From positions 1-61,257 of the forward strand of contig JAVECO010000143.1 of assembly GCA_051942205.1 (NCBI GenBank): a stretch of 61,257 nucleotides of DNA, written 5' to 3'. Source of the stretch: Coniocarpon cinnabarinum. Lineage: Eukaryota. The notes below the pieces were generated by a model. It had not been told where the DNA came from. It did no database searches and was given only the letters and a program-made list of their open reading frames with translations. Shown here in pieces: positions 37,069 through 49,404 of this stretch. The first letter of the stretch is position 1. Each line of letters begins with the position of its first letter. The translations under genes and the position numbers were made by a program.

Positions 37069-38285
37069 CGACGAGAGGTCATCGACGAGAGGTAGGAAGC
37101 AATGGCATGGAACGATCCCTCGGTCCGTTCGACTTAGCTGGAACCTGCTGGCTCCAAAGTGTTAAGTTTTATGTGTTTCTCTGGGTCGGTTTGAAGTCCC
37201 GAGTGCACGGTCTCAGTTGCCCGCGTGCGTGAGACGGTTTCATTTTCATATTGAAAGCGGACACTGTCCTTTACTAATAAAACAATCGTCCAAGTCATTC
37301 TTTTCCATTTGCCAGATGTTTTAGCTCAGCAACATTCTGCACCGTGCGAGGGTCATTCACAAAAGTTCTCCTAAAGTCAAATCATTAGAGCGGGAGCTTG
37401 CCCTTTTTTTGGTCGAAAAATTGACTTGAGGGTCGGGAGTCTCGACGAAGTCTTGAAAAGTCGAAGAGAAAAGCGTGATATTTAGGATGTACGATTTGCG
37501 CCACGATTCCTGTTAGCAATCACAAAGGAGGATACCGCCAATACAAACAGCTAGCGCGCTGCCATTGGGGGTCAACGAGAACACGCTTTTGTAGTCCATA
37601 GGGCTATGTTCTTTGCGCTCATATCAGCTGCTCGAGCACGTATGTCCATGGCAAAAGCGGATACGTTGTTTTCATTTCGGGGTTGGCTGTTGCTGTATAG
37701 CGAGATATTGCGTCTGGGTAGGGTCTAGAGGTGTGTAGTATTACTAAAACGCTATACCTACACACAGCGGTCCGCCGTAGTCTCAACATTGCACTTGAAT
37801 GAATGTATGGATCATCTGGCCGTTGTCAATTGCAATTGTCTCTCCGCACCTTCAATGGCAACGGCCTCTAGTCAGCGTTAGGTATTGTTAGCGGATGGCG
37901 TCGGTTGGCTGATGTCATTCGATGAGTGACATCCATTGACATTGACACTCGCGTGGCCGACGGGAAACGGTCCCCTAGCGCACCCGGGACAGCCATTGTC
38001 ACTGACAGCTGCCAGGTTCAACGAACCTCGAGAATCACCGACACAAGAGTCATGGAGCGCCGTGTTGGACGCCATGGATAAAAGGACAATTTCCAGTGTC
38101 GCGGCAGCCTCGAGACGAATCCCTGTCGGTCGGTTGTGGTAAGTGGTGATGACATCACTCCCGCCCAGCATCCTTCCATTTCTGCTGGACTCGGCTATCT
38201 AGATACATTCCCGCAGTCATGACCTTTCACCCTCTCCGGCTGGTCATCGAGGCTGCTTCGCATTGTCCATCTCCCAACCTCCTCC

Positions 38286-39608
38286 ATGGCTCTCTCGCCC
38301 CGCCTGTCCATGCAATCCCAGCGCACCAACTCAACCGTCGTGACCCAGATCTATGATCCCCAGGCCAGCGAGACACCAGCTCCACATTCGCATGACGACT
38401 ACGAGATCACTTCCGAAGGCAGCCAGCCCGGACAGGCACAGCACGGATGGGAGTTTCTCCCTCCGAGATCTACTAGGTCCCCCTCCTCTCCGTCCACGCC
38501 CAATTTCTCCAGACCATTCGGCGCAAGAGCGATAGACGGGCAACCACAGCTTGGCACCCAGAGCGAAGAGCCGTATCTTGAGGATCACCCTGAGCAGGAG
38601 GACTATTTCGGCCAGAGAACGAACAACAGCAGTTCCGAGCAGAGCCAGCGCATCAGCGAAAGCTCGACTCCGTCTGCTCAGTCTGGACAGCAGAGGCCCA
38701 AGTCTAACCGCAAAGCGCGCTATTCTTCTCGAAGCTTGTACAGCCACAGCGGTAGCGAAGCCAGTTCAAGACCGCGGACTGGGACTGAAGCTTCCATGGA
38801 GAGCGGCGACGCGCCACTGATACCTGAGCAGCAGAATGCCCCTGCTTTCAGACCAAAACCAACAGCCGGATCAGCACCAGCTCCGACATCGACACCTGCG
38901 GCAGCCCAGCCAACAATGCCACCCGCAAAACAAGCACCAGCACAGCCTTTCGTGCCGCCGACAGCCTCACCACCGAGGTCGTATCCCCGCAGCAACTCAG
39001 AAAACGTAGTCGGTGCGTCAATCATTCGTCCTAGTAGTCAACCCTACAGGGATTCGCAGTCACGGCCACAACTAAACCAACGAGCTCCACGACCGGTCAG
39101 CACAAGCACTCTAGATTATGCAACCCCGCGTTCTGGTATTCCACATGAACCAACTCTCGACCTCGACGCCCTTGACGAAACCGATTCCCTTTCCGACCTT
39201 CCTGTCATTGCTGAGCGACCCGCTTCCATTGCCTCTGCTGCTGAACCTCCTCCAATGATTCGCGATGGCCGAATGCTGGATGGTCGTGGTCACCTCCTTT
39301 CGCGCTCTTCAAGCAGCAATAGCAACGGCAGCGGTGGAAAAGGCACCATTCGAACAAATCCTGATCACAGAACACAAATGACGGCGTGGCCAGAAGTACA
39401 AAGACCCACTAAAGATCGACCGGAGATGCCTGGCAGGAGATGGAGTGCCAGCAGTCAGGACACATCTGGATTGTCAGCGGAAAAAATCGCTAAGCTCAAG
39501 AAAAAGGGCATCAATCCCGCGCTGTGGCTGGAAATGAAGCAGGCGCAGAAGAAGAAAGGGAGATTTGGGTTGCCCCCGCTGGTCGGGAATACTTTCTTGG
39601 GCGCCTGA
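38286..39608 (+). CDS. S/P-rich, largely disordered hypothetical protein
   Basis: 440-codon ORF with good start context and an ordered-looking C-terminal motif 'KLKKKGINPALWLEMK..PPLVGNTFLG'. Confidence 0.7.
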   Translation: MALSPRLSMQSQRTNSTVVTQIYDPQASETPAPHSHDDYEITSEGSQPGQAQHGWEFLPPRSTRSPSSPSTPNFSRPFGARAIDGQPQLGTQSEEPYLEDHPEQEDYFGQRTNNSSSEQSQRISESSTPSAQSGQQRPKSNRKARYSSRSLYSHSGSEASSRPRTGTEASMESGDAPLIPEQQNAPAFRPKPTAGSAPAPTSTPAAAQPTMPPAKQAPAQPFVPPTASPPRSYPRSNSENVVGASIIRPSSQPYRDSQSRPQLNQRAPRPVSTSTLDYATPRSGIPHEPTLDLDALDETDSLSDLPVIAERPASIASAAEPPPMIRDGRMLDGRGHLLSRSSSSNSNGSGGKGTIRTNPDHRTQMTAWPEVQRPTKDRPEMPGRRWSASSQDTSGLSAEKIAKLKKKGINPALWLEMKQAQKKKGRFGLPPLVGNTFLGA

Positions 39609-40700
39609 ACGAGGTGGCTTTGGTCAATGACAGCGTCGCAAATTTTGAATATTCTGCAAATATTATGATACCCAACCAGTTCATCTCATGGCGCGCAAAT
39701 CATTAGAAAGCTCTTGCAGATGTGCTGGCAGATCTTCCTTTGGCTCAATGGAAGCAGCAAGAGGCCTGTGTATTGAGATATTTGGATCCGCGTGTTAGCT
39801 CCCAAAAAGCGGCTTGGAAACGTACTACTCGTGGCTCTTTACTGAAAATGCAATGACAGTAAGAACGTGGGATGTATTGATTCTCCCAGCAATGCTCACA
39901 ATCCGGGCACAGCGAGAGCTCATCAAGCTTGGCAAAGTCAGCACTGTGCACGAGAACGTGCATCTGGCGCGTTGAAGTACGTTTCATGAAATCGAAGTAT
40001 GATTGGAAGGTCCCGGATCGGCTGTTGCAATCAGACCGTCAAGCGGGTTGAGTTGAATGAAATGCTGGACACGAATGAAACTGCGCGTCATTGCAGGAGC
40101 TGGTGATCATCGGGATTTCTATGACCTTCGAGAATGAAATGCTGATTCGGAGACTGGACTTCTCCTATTGCCAGGCTGCAATGGATCAGGCTGCGCTTTG
40201 GCCGAGGCCAACTCGCATGATGTTCCACGCCTGATGGGCTACAATTAATGAGCTACGAAAGACAATGCCCGTCAAGCGGGCGGACGTTCGGTGCCAGGAT
40301 ATGTTGGCTATTTACTGAGCGAATCGGTGGTCATCTCTCAGCGTCTGCTCATCTACGGAATTGATTTGATTTTAGACTTTTCTTAGCTTGCCATTATCTT
40401 ATGCAAACGTGACGCTCCAATTTGCATCAGGTCTGGGCTGTTCAAAGTGTGAGTGGTTTCGGATCTACAGCTGCAGCGAAGAACCTCCGAGCAGAGTGCC
40501 ATCCTCGTCAACTTGTATTCAAGCAGATGTGTAACGCGAAATGTGGGAGCATATCAGAAGCGCATACCTGCTGTTCCATTCAACAGCGCTTTCGCCGAAG
40601 GGAATGCTGTAGGTATATGTACTTTGGTGCGATGTGTAGCGTCTCTGACGGAAAAAAGCAGGCTATTAGGCTTGCTTTTCTGCTACACCGCCCTTGCTAC

Positions 40701-42176
40701 CTAGTAGCCCTCGTTACTCGCACAAGCCCACGCTGTACCTGATGAATCCTCCCTGATTGCAACCAATGAAGCCCACATCCCGAATCCGCTCAATGCCACG
40801 GTTCCGATCAACATAAGCATGTTCGCCACCAAGCCGAATTTGCTATTCCAGTACTTCCCCTTGTGCATGAAGAACCATAAACCTGCACTGAGCCCATACG
40901 TGAACCAAGTCCCCAAGCTCGAGCTGACGAGCGCCAACAAATTGCCAAAGTTGGGAATGCTTTGGGCTAGGACCCAGGCAATCGTCCACAAGCCCACGTT
41001 GAGCCCGACCCACCAGCAGTAGGGTGTCCATCCTTTTTGCTCTTCCATGCCGCGTTTCCAGCTGCGGAACACCATTTTGATCGCTACGTGGCCATTCACG
41101 ACACCGGCAATGACAATGGTGGGCATGGCAAGGTAGTACGCAATCTTCCTCATGAGAGGCCCTGCGCTTCCGAGTGCAGGAGCAGCGATATCTGGTCCCG
41201 CGAAGTAGTAAATGACAGTAGCTGCTAGTACGTAGATGATTGTCGCCAGAGCTTGAAGCGTGAAAAGCGCCTTGCGATATTCGCGTGGATCACGCATCTC
41301 GGACATGAAGTTGAAAAAGGCCACATTGCCAGAGTAGGCCATGATGATGTCCATCAGCGCCACTATGCCATCAATCATCCTTGTGTCCTTCGCAATGGCT
41401 TTGGTCAGATCGTTACCGCCGGGATGTAGATGGCTGACTCCGGCCACAGTAACGACAACCGCACCGAATATGCTGAACATGGACACAATGCTGATCCAGC
41501 TGACTTCGACGAGGCGACGTGGAAGGCACAGGAAGATACTCAGCAAAGTTCCACAGACCAGAAAAACAATCGTGCATGTCCCATGATTGGTGACGACGTT
41601 CATCATGATGCCGAAAGAGAGAACGTGCGCAGCCATAATGAAAACCAGAAATGCGACAGACAATGTGCCAAAGACCCGACGGCCAAGATTTGCAGCTCGT
41701 GGACCATAGGGACTGAAGAGCACTGCGCCTGCATCTCCAACGTTGCCTACCTCCATGAATCGTAGTTTGAATGTGCCAATGACATATCCCGCGTATGTTG
41801 CGACGAAACCGAAAGTGACGATGAAGAAGACTGCGGGAAAAAAGCCAAGCTTAGCAGTTGCATGTGGGAGCGCCAAAATACCGAGTGAAATCACTTCCGC
41901 AATCATCAGCAAGGAGACGTTCCTATGTAGTAAATCAGTCTGGTGGCGTTTTTCACGCTTGACGACATCGACTTACCACCAACGCATAGTTTTGAAGCTG
42001 TTGTCATTCGGCGGCGCTGGATCCTCAAGATCTGTGCCGGTCTTTCGCACAGAAGTCTCGATTCGAACCTCTTTTTTGTCGAGAGGCATGGTTGATGAAG
42101 CTCTGTATGAAACCCAAGAGTCCCACCCCTCGCTCGTGACTGTATTGAACCCATGTGGACGCGCTGAGGCCATCAT
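40701..42176 (-). CDS. Neutral amino-acid permease (AAAP/Mtr family)
   Basis: 'FKTMRWW|NVSLLMIAEVISLGILALP' across intron 41976-41923; 'AYSGNVAFFNFMSEMRDP'; about 11 hydrophobic segments. Confidence 0.9.
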
Positions 42177-42562
42177 TTTGGAAGTAGCTTTGATGGTAGA
42201 CTCGACTCCAAAGTAGTACGAGGAAGAAGTTCAATCGCGATAGCAGTATGCTATGCAAGCGGGCATGGTCAGAGCACTAATGTTGAGAAGGGCTCAGTCC
42301 ATGACAGGCAGGTAGAGGTGTTACCCTAAAAGTCTTCTCGAACATACGTTGGCATCGAAACATAACCTTCGTCACCGCGTGTCGATCGTTTTATCGCGTC
42401 TGGGCTTGACTATCAGGACAGGATCTGGGCCCTCTTTGAGCAATGATATGCAGTCCACCCAAACTTTCAAGCCAATGATGTAAGCCGTCGGGAACCTGGG
42501 TAATGCTCAGATCCTTGGTAGCTTTCTGACTTCATCGCCTTTCCAGAAGTACCTAGCCAAAC

Positions 42563-45058
42563 TCATGTATGCTGCGCTTTCTTTGCTAACAAATTCAAAG
42601 CGCTTCCCGCTAGCACAAAGTCGCATTGGTCTTTGCTGAGATTGTGGCGTACTGGAATCTGAATTTGCTCTCCTCCTTGGAACTTGGTGACTGATAAGCT
42701 GACCTCGCCAGTCCCAGAGTTCTGAAGAGCATCATGCAGACCAACTGTGCTGATTTCGTCTCTGGCGTCTATCTTGTGATAATCGGCTTCATCCGCGAAA
42801 GTTAGTGGTACCACACCTTGCTTCTTTAGGTTGGTCTCATGAATGCGCGCAAAAGATTTCGCAAGTACGATGCGTGCGCCCAGGTAGCGTGGCTGTAACG
42901 CCGCATGCTCGCGTGCGCTGCCTTCGCCATAATTGTGTTCTGCCACGACGAGCCATGGGCGACCTTCATTCTTCCATTTGAAGCCGAGTTCTGGAATCGG
43001 CATAGAAGCGTCGTCAAGATCGTGCGCAACATTTGTTTCCCCGGTCGCTGCATTGATCGCGCCAATGAGCGTATTTGCCGAAATGTTCGGGAGATGACCC
43101 TTGTACTTGAGCCATGGTCCAGCCGCTGAAATGGTGTCCGTAGTGCATTGGCCCTGGATCTTTACCAGAACACGCAAGCCTTCCAACTCGTGGCCCGGAA
43201 AAGGATCAAAGGGATTGAGGAATGCAAGCCGATCACTATCTGGGTCAACTTTGACCTGGACTGAGGCGTCTGGGAAAGGTGGTGTTGGCATGTACGCGGT
43301 GTTTCCCTCGTCAAAACCCAGTGCTGGAAGTTCATTGCCTTGTGGAGGACGGAAGCGGAAGGGCTGCCCTGAGGGCGTGGATATTGAGTCGGTCGTAGGA
43401 TTGAAAGTGGTTTCACCTGAAAAGCTCATTGCGGTAACGAGCTCTGGGCTGGCGAGGAAGTTCATTGTCTGAGGATTGCCGTCATTTCTCCCTTTGAAAT
43501 TGCGGTTGTAGCTGCTGAAGATGGCATTTATCTCGCCCTGCTGGACTCCATCGGTCCGTTTCCATTGACCAATGCACGGGCCGCATGCATTGGCGAGGAC
43601 GGTTGCGCCAGCGTTGGAGAAGGTAGAAAGTGTGTCGTCCCGGTCTAGAGTTGCTCGGATTTGCTCACTGCCAGGCGTGACGAAAAAATCGGCTTTGGGA
43701 TGGAGCCCCGCTGCAGAAGCTTGTTTCACCAGTGATTCGGCGCGCGTCATGTCTTCATATGAGGAATTCGTACATGAGCCAATGAGGGATGCGCCAAATG
43801 CATTTGGCCAGTCGTTGGCACGAACTTGGTTGGCAAATTGTGACAGGGGGATTGAGAGGTCCGGGGTGAAAGGGCCGTTGATGTGAGGCTCGAGTTCAGA
43901 TAGGTTTATCGTGATCTCCTGGTCATATGGAGCTCCTTGATCAGGCTGCAGAACGTTGTCAATCATGGGTGAGTTGACTATTGTCTCTGCCGCACGAGCC
44001 ACAGCCGCACGGTTTGTGGACTTGAGATATGGGACGTGATGATCGGAGAACGGAAAGATGGAGGTTGTAGCTCCTACCTCGGCACCCATGTTGCATACCG
44101 TGGCCATACCGGTGGAGCTCAAGGTCCTGACGCCAGGACCATAGTATTCAATGACGAAGCCAGTGCCTCCGCGCACCGTCAATTGGCCGGCGAGGTGAAG
44201 GATGATGTCTTTTGGCGACGCCCAACCTTTGAGCTCACCTTCCAGGCGTACGCCCAAGACCTTTGGCGCTTTGAGTTCCCACGGTGCGTCCACCAATGCG
44301 TCCACTGCATCTGCTCCTCCTACGCCAATGGCGATCGCACCAAGTCCTCCTGCATTTGGTGTGTGTGAGTCGGTGCCGAGCATCATGAGGCCAGGTGCAG
44401 CGTAATTTTCCAACACCGCTTGGTGTATGATGCCGGCTCCTGGAGGCCAAAACTCAATGCCATATTTTTGCGCCGCGGATTCCAGGAAATCATAAACTTC
44501 TTTGTTGCCTTCGATCGAAGCAGGGACATCCACATCTGCGCCTCTTTCTCCAACTATCATATGGTCACAATGTATGCTTGCTGGCACGGCTGTGGAAGGC
44601 AGTCCACATGACATGAATTGGAGGAGTGCCATTTGGGCCGAGGCATCTTGCATGGCCACTCTATCCGGCTTGAGTTTGAGACTGGCCTTGCCCCTGACAT
44701 CTCGGCCATTGTTTGTTCCTGTGAGGAGCGAGTGCTCAGGATGCTCGAGGTGTGCGTAGAGTATCTTCTCCGCGAGAGTCAAAGGTTGTGGACCGAGGAT
44801 TTTACGGACCAACGCGAAGTTTTTGAGGATTTTTGGATAGGGCGGCGCTCGAGACGGTAACTGGGAAGGGAGGCTGCTGCTGCTGCTGCTGCTGCCATGT
44901 GCGGTAGCAAGACATCTTGCACATATTCGAGAGACTCTCAACTGTTTGAATGTGCCTGGATTAGCCGCAGGAATATGAGAAAGCGTGGACGCTCATACTT
45001 GTCTCGCTCGGTATGCAAGTCGCTGCCGAACGACATTTGCGTTGGCCGGAGACGACAT
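42563..45058 (-). CDS. ACO2: Mitochondrial aconitase-family protein of the Aco2 (homocitrate dehydratase) type
   Basis: DRVAMQDASAQMA, HCDH, DSHTPN, IGSCTNSS, NACGPCIG, TTDTISAAG and NYGEGSAREHAA. Exon 1 (45058-44999) is joined in phase by intron 44998-44942. Confidence 0.88.
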
Positions 45059-45625
45059 GGTGCACTCTGGCTCTGCGGCGCTCTCACCGAGTTAATGCTT
45101 GCAGTGCCTCTCGCTGGTCTACGAGAAAACAAGCACGACGATGTTCGGAAGCCGCCCTGCTGTGCCCCCCTGAGGACACGTTGCCGCCTCCTGAGCTACC
45201 GATCCATACTTAGCTAGCTCAAAGTTAGTGCACTTAACGACGTGTAGCCTCAGTGTTTCAGCAATCTATAGACTGATGCCATCTCAGACTACTAGGTAAG
45301 AAAGTATCTTGCCGCGCCATCATTCAGCGTCTTATCCGTTTCAGAGTGTTTTCGTCGCTGTACTTATAGCTTTCTGACCCCAGTTCTTCTGCTGCAGCAT
45401 CTGCGGCACGATTCCTGGTTCCAGACCTCGGACTCTGGACTTGTTCCTGCTCCTGCTTACCTTTATAGGTTTTCCACTACATTGCAAAGATCTAGATTTC
45501 AGACTGGTCTGCCAACAAGTACACCTGGCCGTCTTCTTTCTATTTAGTCTTACACGCAACAATCATCTACTGCATCTGAGATATTTGCACAAACAACACC
45601 AGCGAAATTGAGAAATCCTCAGGCT

Positions 45626-46288
45626 TTACCAAGCAAGATCAGCACATTGGACAACGGTGACTCGATTGATGGAGAGTCTACTACATTCAGCGTCTAGGTA
45701 TAGTATTCTGGTCCTTGGTAACATGTTGATGAAGGAGACCGGCTCGCGCTGAGCAAACGTCTCAATCGCGACCAAGGGATCGCACGCTCTTTTTAGCGTT
45801 CCGAATCTCCACCCTGATGCTCCTGCAATTTCCTGCAATTGGGTCAGTTTCAAAGCTCAACAAAGGAATTTTCGGCCACGGAACTTACTGCCACCAATGC
45901 GAATGCCTCTCATTGGCTTTCTTGCACCCATCGCTGAGTTCCTTGTATTTGGCTTTGTTTTCCTCGAGGTTCACGTCATGGGTACTCTTGAAATCCTCAA
46001 GTTCCTTCTCAGCGTCCTTCTTGCGGCCAAGGTACTGCTTGAGTTTGTTTTTGATCGTGACATATTCAGTGGCGCTGGCTTGAGCATTGTCCTGCGCCCC
46101 TGTGGAAGACTCTGCCTGAGACCTTTTGAATGGCTCCCGGTTAGTGTGTCACTTCAAGATAGGGAAAACAAGGGAACACATACATCTTTTGATCTTGTTC
46201 GAAATCGTGCTGAGGGAATCAATATGGTTTTCAAAATGTAAATCTTCGAGAAGTAGTTGAGTTGACGAATTTTCTGCAGAACAAACAT
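45626..46288 (-). CDS. Small spliced hypothetical helical/coiled-coil protein, not resolved in the ORF track
   Basis: An open 81-codon middle exon (PFKRSQ...KKDAEKELEDFK...ANEAFALVA) is flanked by GTATGT..CTAAC..AG and GTAAGT..CTGAC..CAG introns. The ends are uncertain. Confidence 0.45.
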
Positions 46289-47438
46289 TTCGAAAGGAGC
46301 GCACCGCCTCTTTATATGCTCTGTGTCACTGCTACGGAATGAAATAGCAGCTTCGTATCATGTACAAAATCTCTTACGTGTCTGCTGTGCTGCAAAGACT
46401 GTTACGTGTTATGAGCAAGAGCGGCATGCTATTCGAGTGGAGCAAAGAGTTTCGCGATGACACTGAGATACGATTACCTGCGTCGCGGGTTTCATGACAA
46501 GCGACTGAACCTGCTAAAGGATTGTCCAGGTGTACACTACTCTTACAAATGCTCGCTGGCTTGGCGCACTTTCACTCGCGGCTGACGCGCTTTACAGAAA
46601 CAGCGCGCGATCGATGTCAGCTGACTATGAGCTTCAGAGTTGGTGCCATTCCTTTGGAGAGATTTTGGACAAATCCTTGTTGGAATGTGTCTGAGATGAG
46701 GGGCGTGCGCTTGTATGAGAGTGACACACTGTTGGTCCTATGCCTTTTATGGTAACTTTACGGGGCAAGAGATTTACGTATGTACGTACGCAACACTCAA
46801 TTCTTACTACAGGAGGCTAGCCTGCTGATTTAGATTGTACATGATAGGCCATAGACCCACCGTCATCGAAGCTAACGGTGGCCCTTCATATTTTTCCGTG
46901 CCGAGCCGCTTTTGCATTATCCTATCTGGTTAGATCAATGATTCAGGGCATGTTTCGTCTATTTCGAAGGGTCAGAGTCCAGCATCTGAGATGCACATGG
47001 ATTATTTTTCGAGAAGCGGCCAGACTATACCTTCGCTGAATAGCTGTGTGCTCACAGCCTCTTCAAGGAGAAGCAAGGTCATCGTATTGTCCAAGAATTG
47101 GACGCAGGCTTGAAAGTCTTGAGGAATTCGAAGCATTTAGTACCATGACTACGCTGTACAGTTTAAGCCACTTCTTTCTGGAACTGTAGCTTGTCATCGC
47201 ACGTACCAAAATATGCCCAACACGACACACGAATAATGGCGAATCCAGCGTGGACGACTCCCCTGCGCATGAGGAGATATTTCCCGTGACACTTTTGTGG
47301 TGGCCAGTCAGGCCAGTATGTTGGATGTAATTTGTGGTAAATGCTCTAATTCTTGTCTGGCACTGATAGCAACGTGTCATGAGCTAGGACTGACCTCGGA
47401 CTTCCACACTCGGATATATGGGAATTTCGAATGACTCA

Positions 47439-48951
47439 TCAAGCGCGTATGCAATTGGTTGACTGGCTGATCTTATCTGCGTGCGACGCTAGCATTGAAT
47501 ACTGGCCACCAGCTCCAGCCCATACGATCCTCCTGTCGCGGATGTGTTTACCGTTCATCAGCTTGGCCACAAGAATGTCATCAGTATTGCCCTGACCGCA
47601 TTGATAGTTCACGTTAAAGCCCCATGAATATGCCTTGCCGTCGGCAGTAATCGCGATGCAATGATCAGATCCAGCGGTGATATGAGTGCAAGGTGGAATG
47701 GGTACCGCGGTTGGTCGTAGAAGAATGCGAGGCCTTCCTCGTTCATCTGTGACAACCACGGCTGGATCGTCCACAGGAAGGCTGGCCAAGTCAAGACCTG
47801 TTTGGCCGCCGTCGATGCGTCCCCAAACCAGGCATTTACCGTCTTCGGTGATACCCACGGAATGATGGGTCCCCCCTGCAACCATCTTCATCTTCTTGCC
47901 GGCAAGTGATGTGACTTTGCGAGGAACGAGGATGGTTGCCTCACCTTCCCCAGCAGCGCTCGCAATCCCAGTTTGTCCAAAATTATTGGAGCCCCATGCC
48001 CATGTTTCGCCGTTTGAATCTATCGCAAATGCGTGGTTTTGCCCAGCATGAATGGATCTGATCTTTTGGTGTTTCGAAAACTCCATGGGAGTTGGTAGAA
48101 GTGAGAGACTGCGACGTCGCTCGATGACACGTCGACCAAGCTGCTGCTGTTGCCCGGTGCCCCAGGCGAAGACGCGTCCTCCAGAGTTGAGAGCAAGGGC
48201 GTAGTCGGCGCCGACAGCTATGCTTTTGATTTGTGTCAGACCGGGTATGAGCATCGGTTCGTGTTGCTGTTTGACGACCTTCCGACTCTTTGAATCCACC
48301 GTGAAACCGAAGGGGCCGTTGTTGTCCTATGAATGGAGTTAGCAGAGTGGCGTAGCTGGTGTGGACAGGTTAACTCACGCGAAACGTGCCCCAGCCGTAC
48401 ACTCGCCCATGTTCTGTCAGAGCCATTGTTGCACTGTCGCCTGCGGCGATTTGAACGATTTGAATTCCAATGGGAAAATCTGGAACAGGTGCTGGCGTGG
48501 CTTCTCGAGGATTGAAATCCACATCGCTGTCATCATCGGAATCACCGCTATCCGCATCAGCGTCCTTCAATTTGCCCTCCCATGCAGTATCGCGGCCAAG
48601 AGCAGAGAGATCATTCACTCCCCAAGTCAAGACTTGGTTGTCGGATGTGAGAGCAACGCCGTGCATTCCGCCAGTAGCCACGCTTACAACATTGGAGAGG
48701 AGCGGATTTGGCCTCGGCGTCGATACGCCTGTGGAGTTCTTGCTTCCAAGCCCGAGCTCTCCAGCTTCTCCTTCGCCGAAGCTGAAGGCCTGAAGCTGTG
48801 CGGTGGGCGCGACGTTGCCTGTGATCTTGTTATGAGAAGCAGGGCGCGCTTTTGCATTCGAATCTGTCGCTTTCTTAGGAATTTTTGCGGGTCGCGTGCC
48901 TGGATACGCATTGCCAGAAGAGATGCGCCTCTTTTTGGACATTGCAGCCAT
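47439..48951 (-). CDS. RCC1-repeat beta-propeller protein (Pim1/Srm1 RanGEF-like)
   Basis: FGEGEAGELGLG, GGMHGVAL, TWGVNDLSALGRDT, YGWGTFR|DNNG (intron 48378-48327), WGSNNFGQTG and YSWGFNVNYQCGQG; basic N-terminal tail. Confidence 0.88.
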
Positions 48952-49404
48952 GGCTCGGAGGAGCAGCTGCCATGAAACAGTCACGGAGAGACGAGGAGCG
49001 CTGGTGAGGTCATATGGAAGATTTGAATGTCCAGTTAGTCAATCAGCGGGTCGTCATTGAAGGCTGAGTCTTGAGCCCGCGCGCAAACAGCTGGAGGTAG
49101 GTAACGAGGAGAAGCGTGTGACATTGTGCCAGCACATCTAGGCTGTGCGGCGCCAACGCCTCTTCACAGCTCAAAGGGGTGATTCTGCCTCTCCTTCTAG
49201 AGGTACCTGGGAAAGTTTATGGTGCTTTCCTAATCGATTGTGCCGACACTGCCCTTCTGAAAGCCACTGAAGATCGTCCAATCCCCACCCTGCCTTGCGG
49301 CCGGTGTTTTCGTGGGTGGCTAAGAGTCACGTGTAAAACTTGACCGTAACAAGTCACTATGTGCCTGCTCCAAGACACGTTTCAGGCGGAATTGCTCGGA
49401 AAAT

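Noticed and set aside
37100..37410. Possible Pol III ncRNA/tRNA (GTTCGA plus a T7 run)
   Set aside because: No cloverleaf or recognizable snRNA/SRP/telomerase-template sequence could be built.
47431..47439. Perfect ATGACTCAT Gcn4/CpcA site
   Set aside because: It overlaps the RCC1 stop codon, about 2.4 kb from the ACO2 start with another probable gene in between; likely chance.
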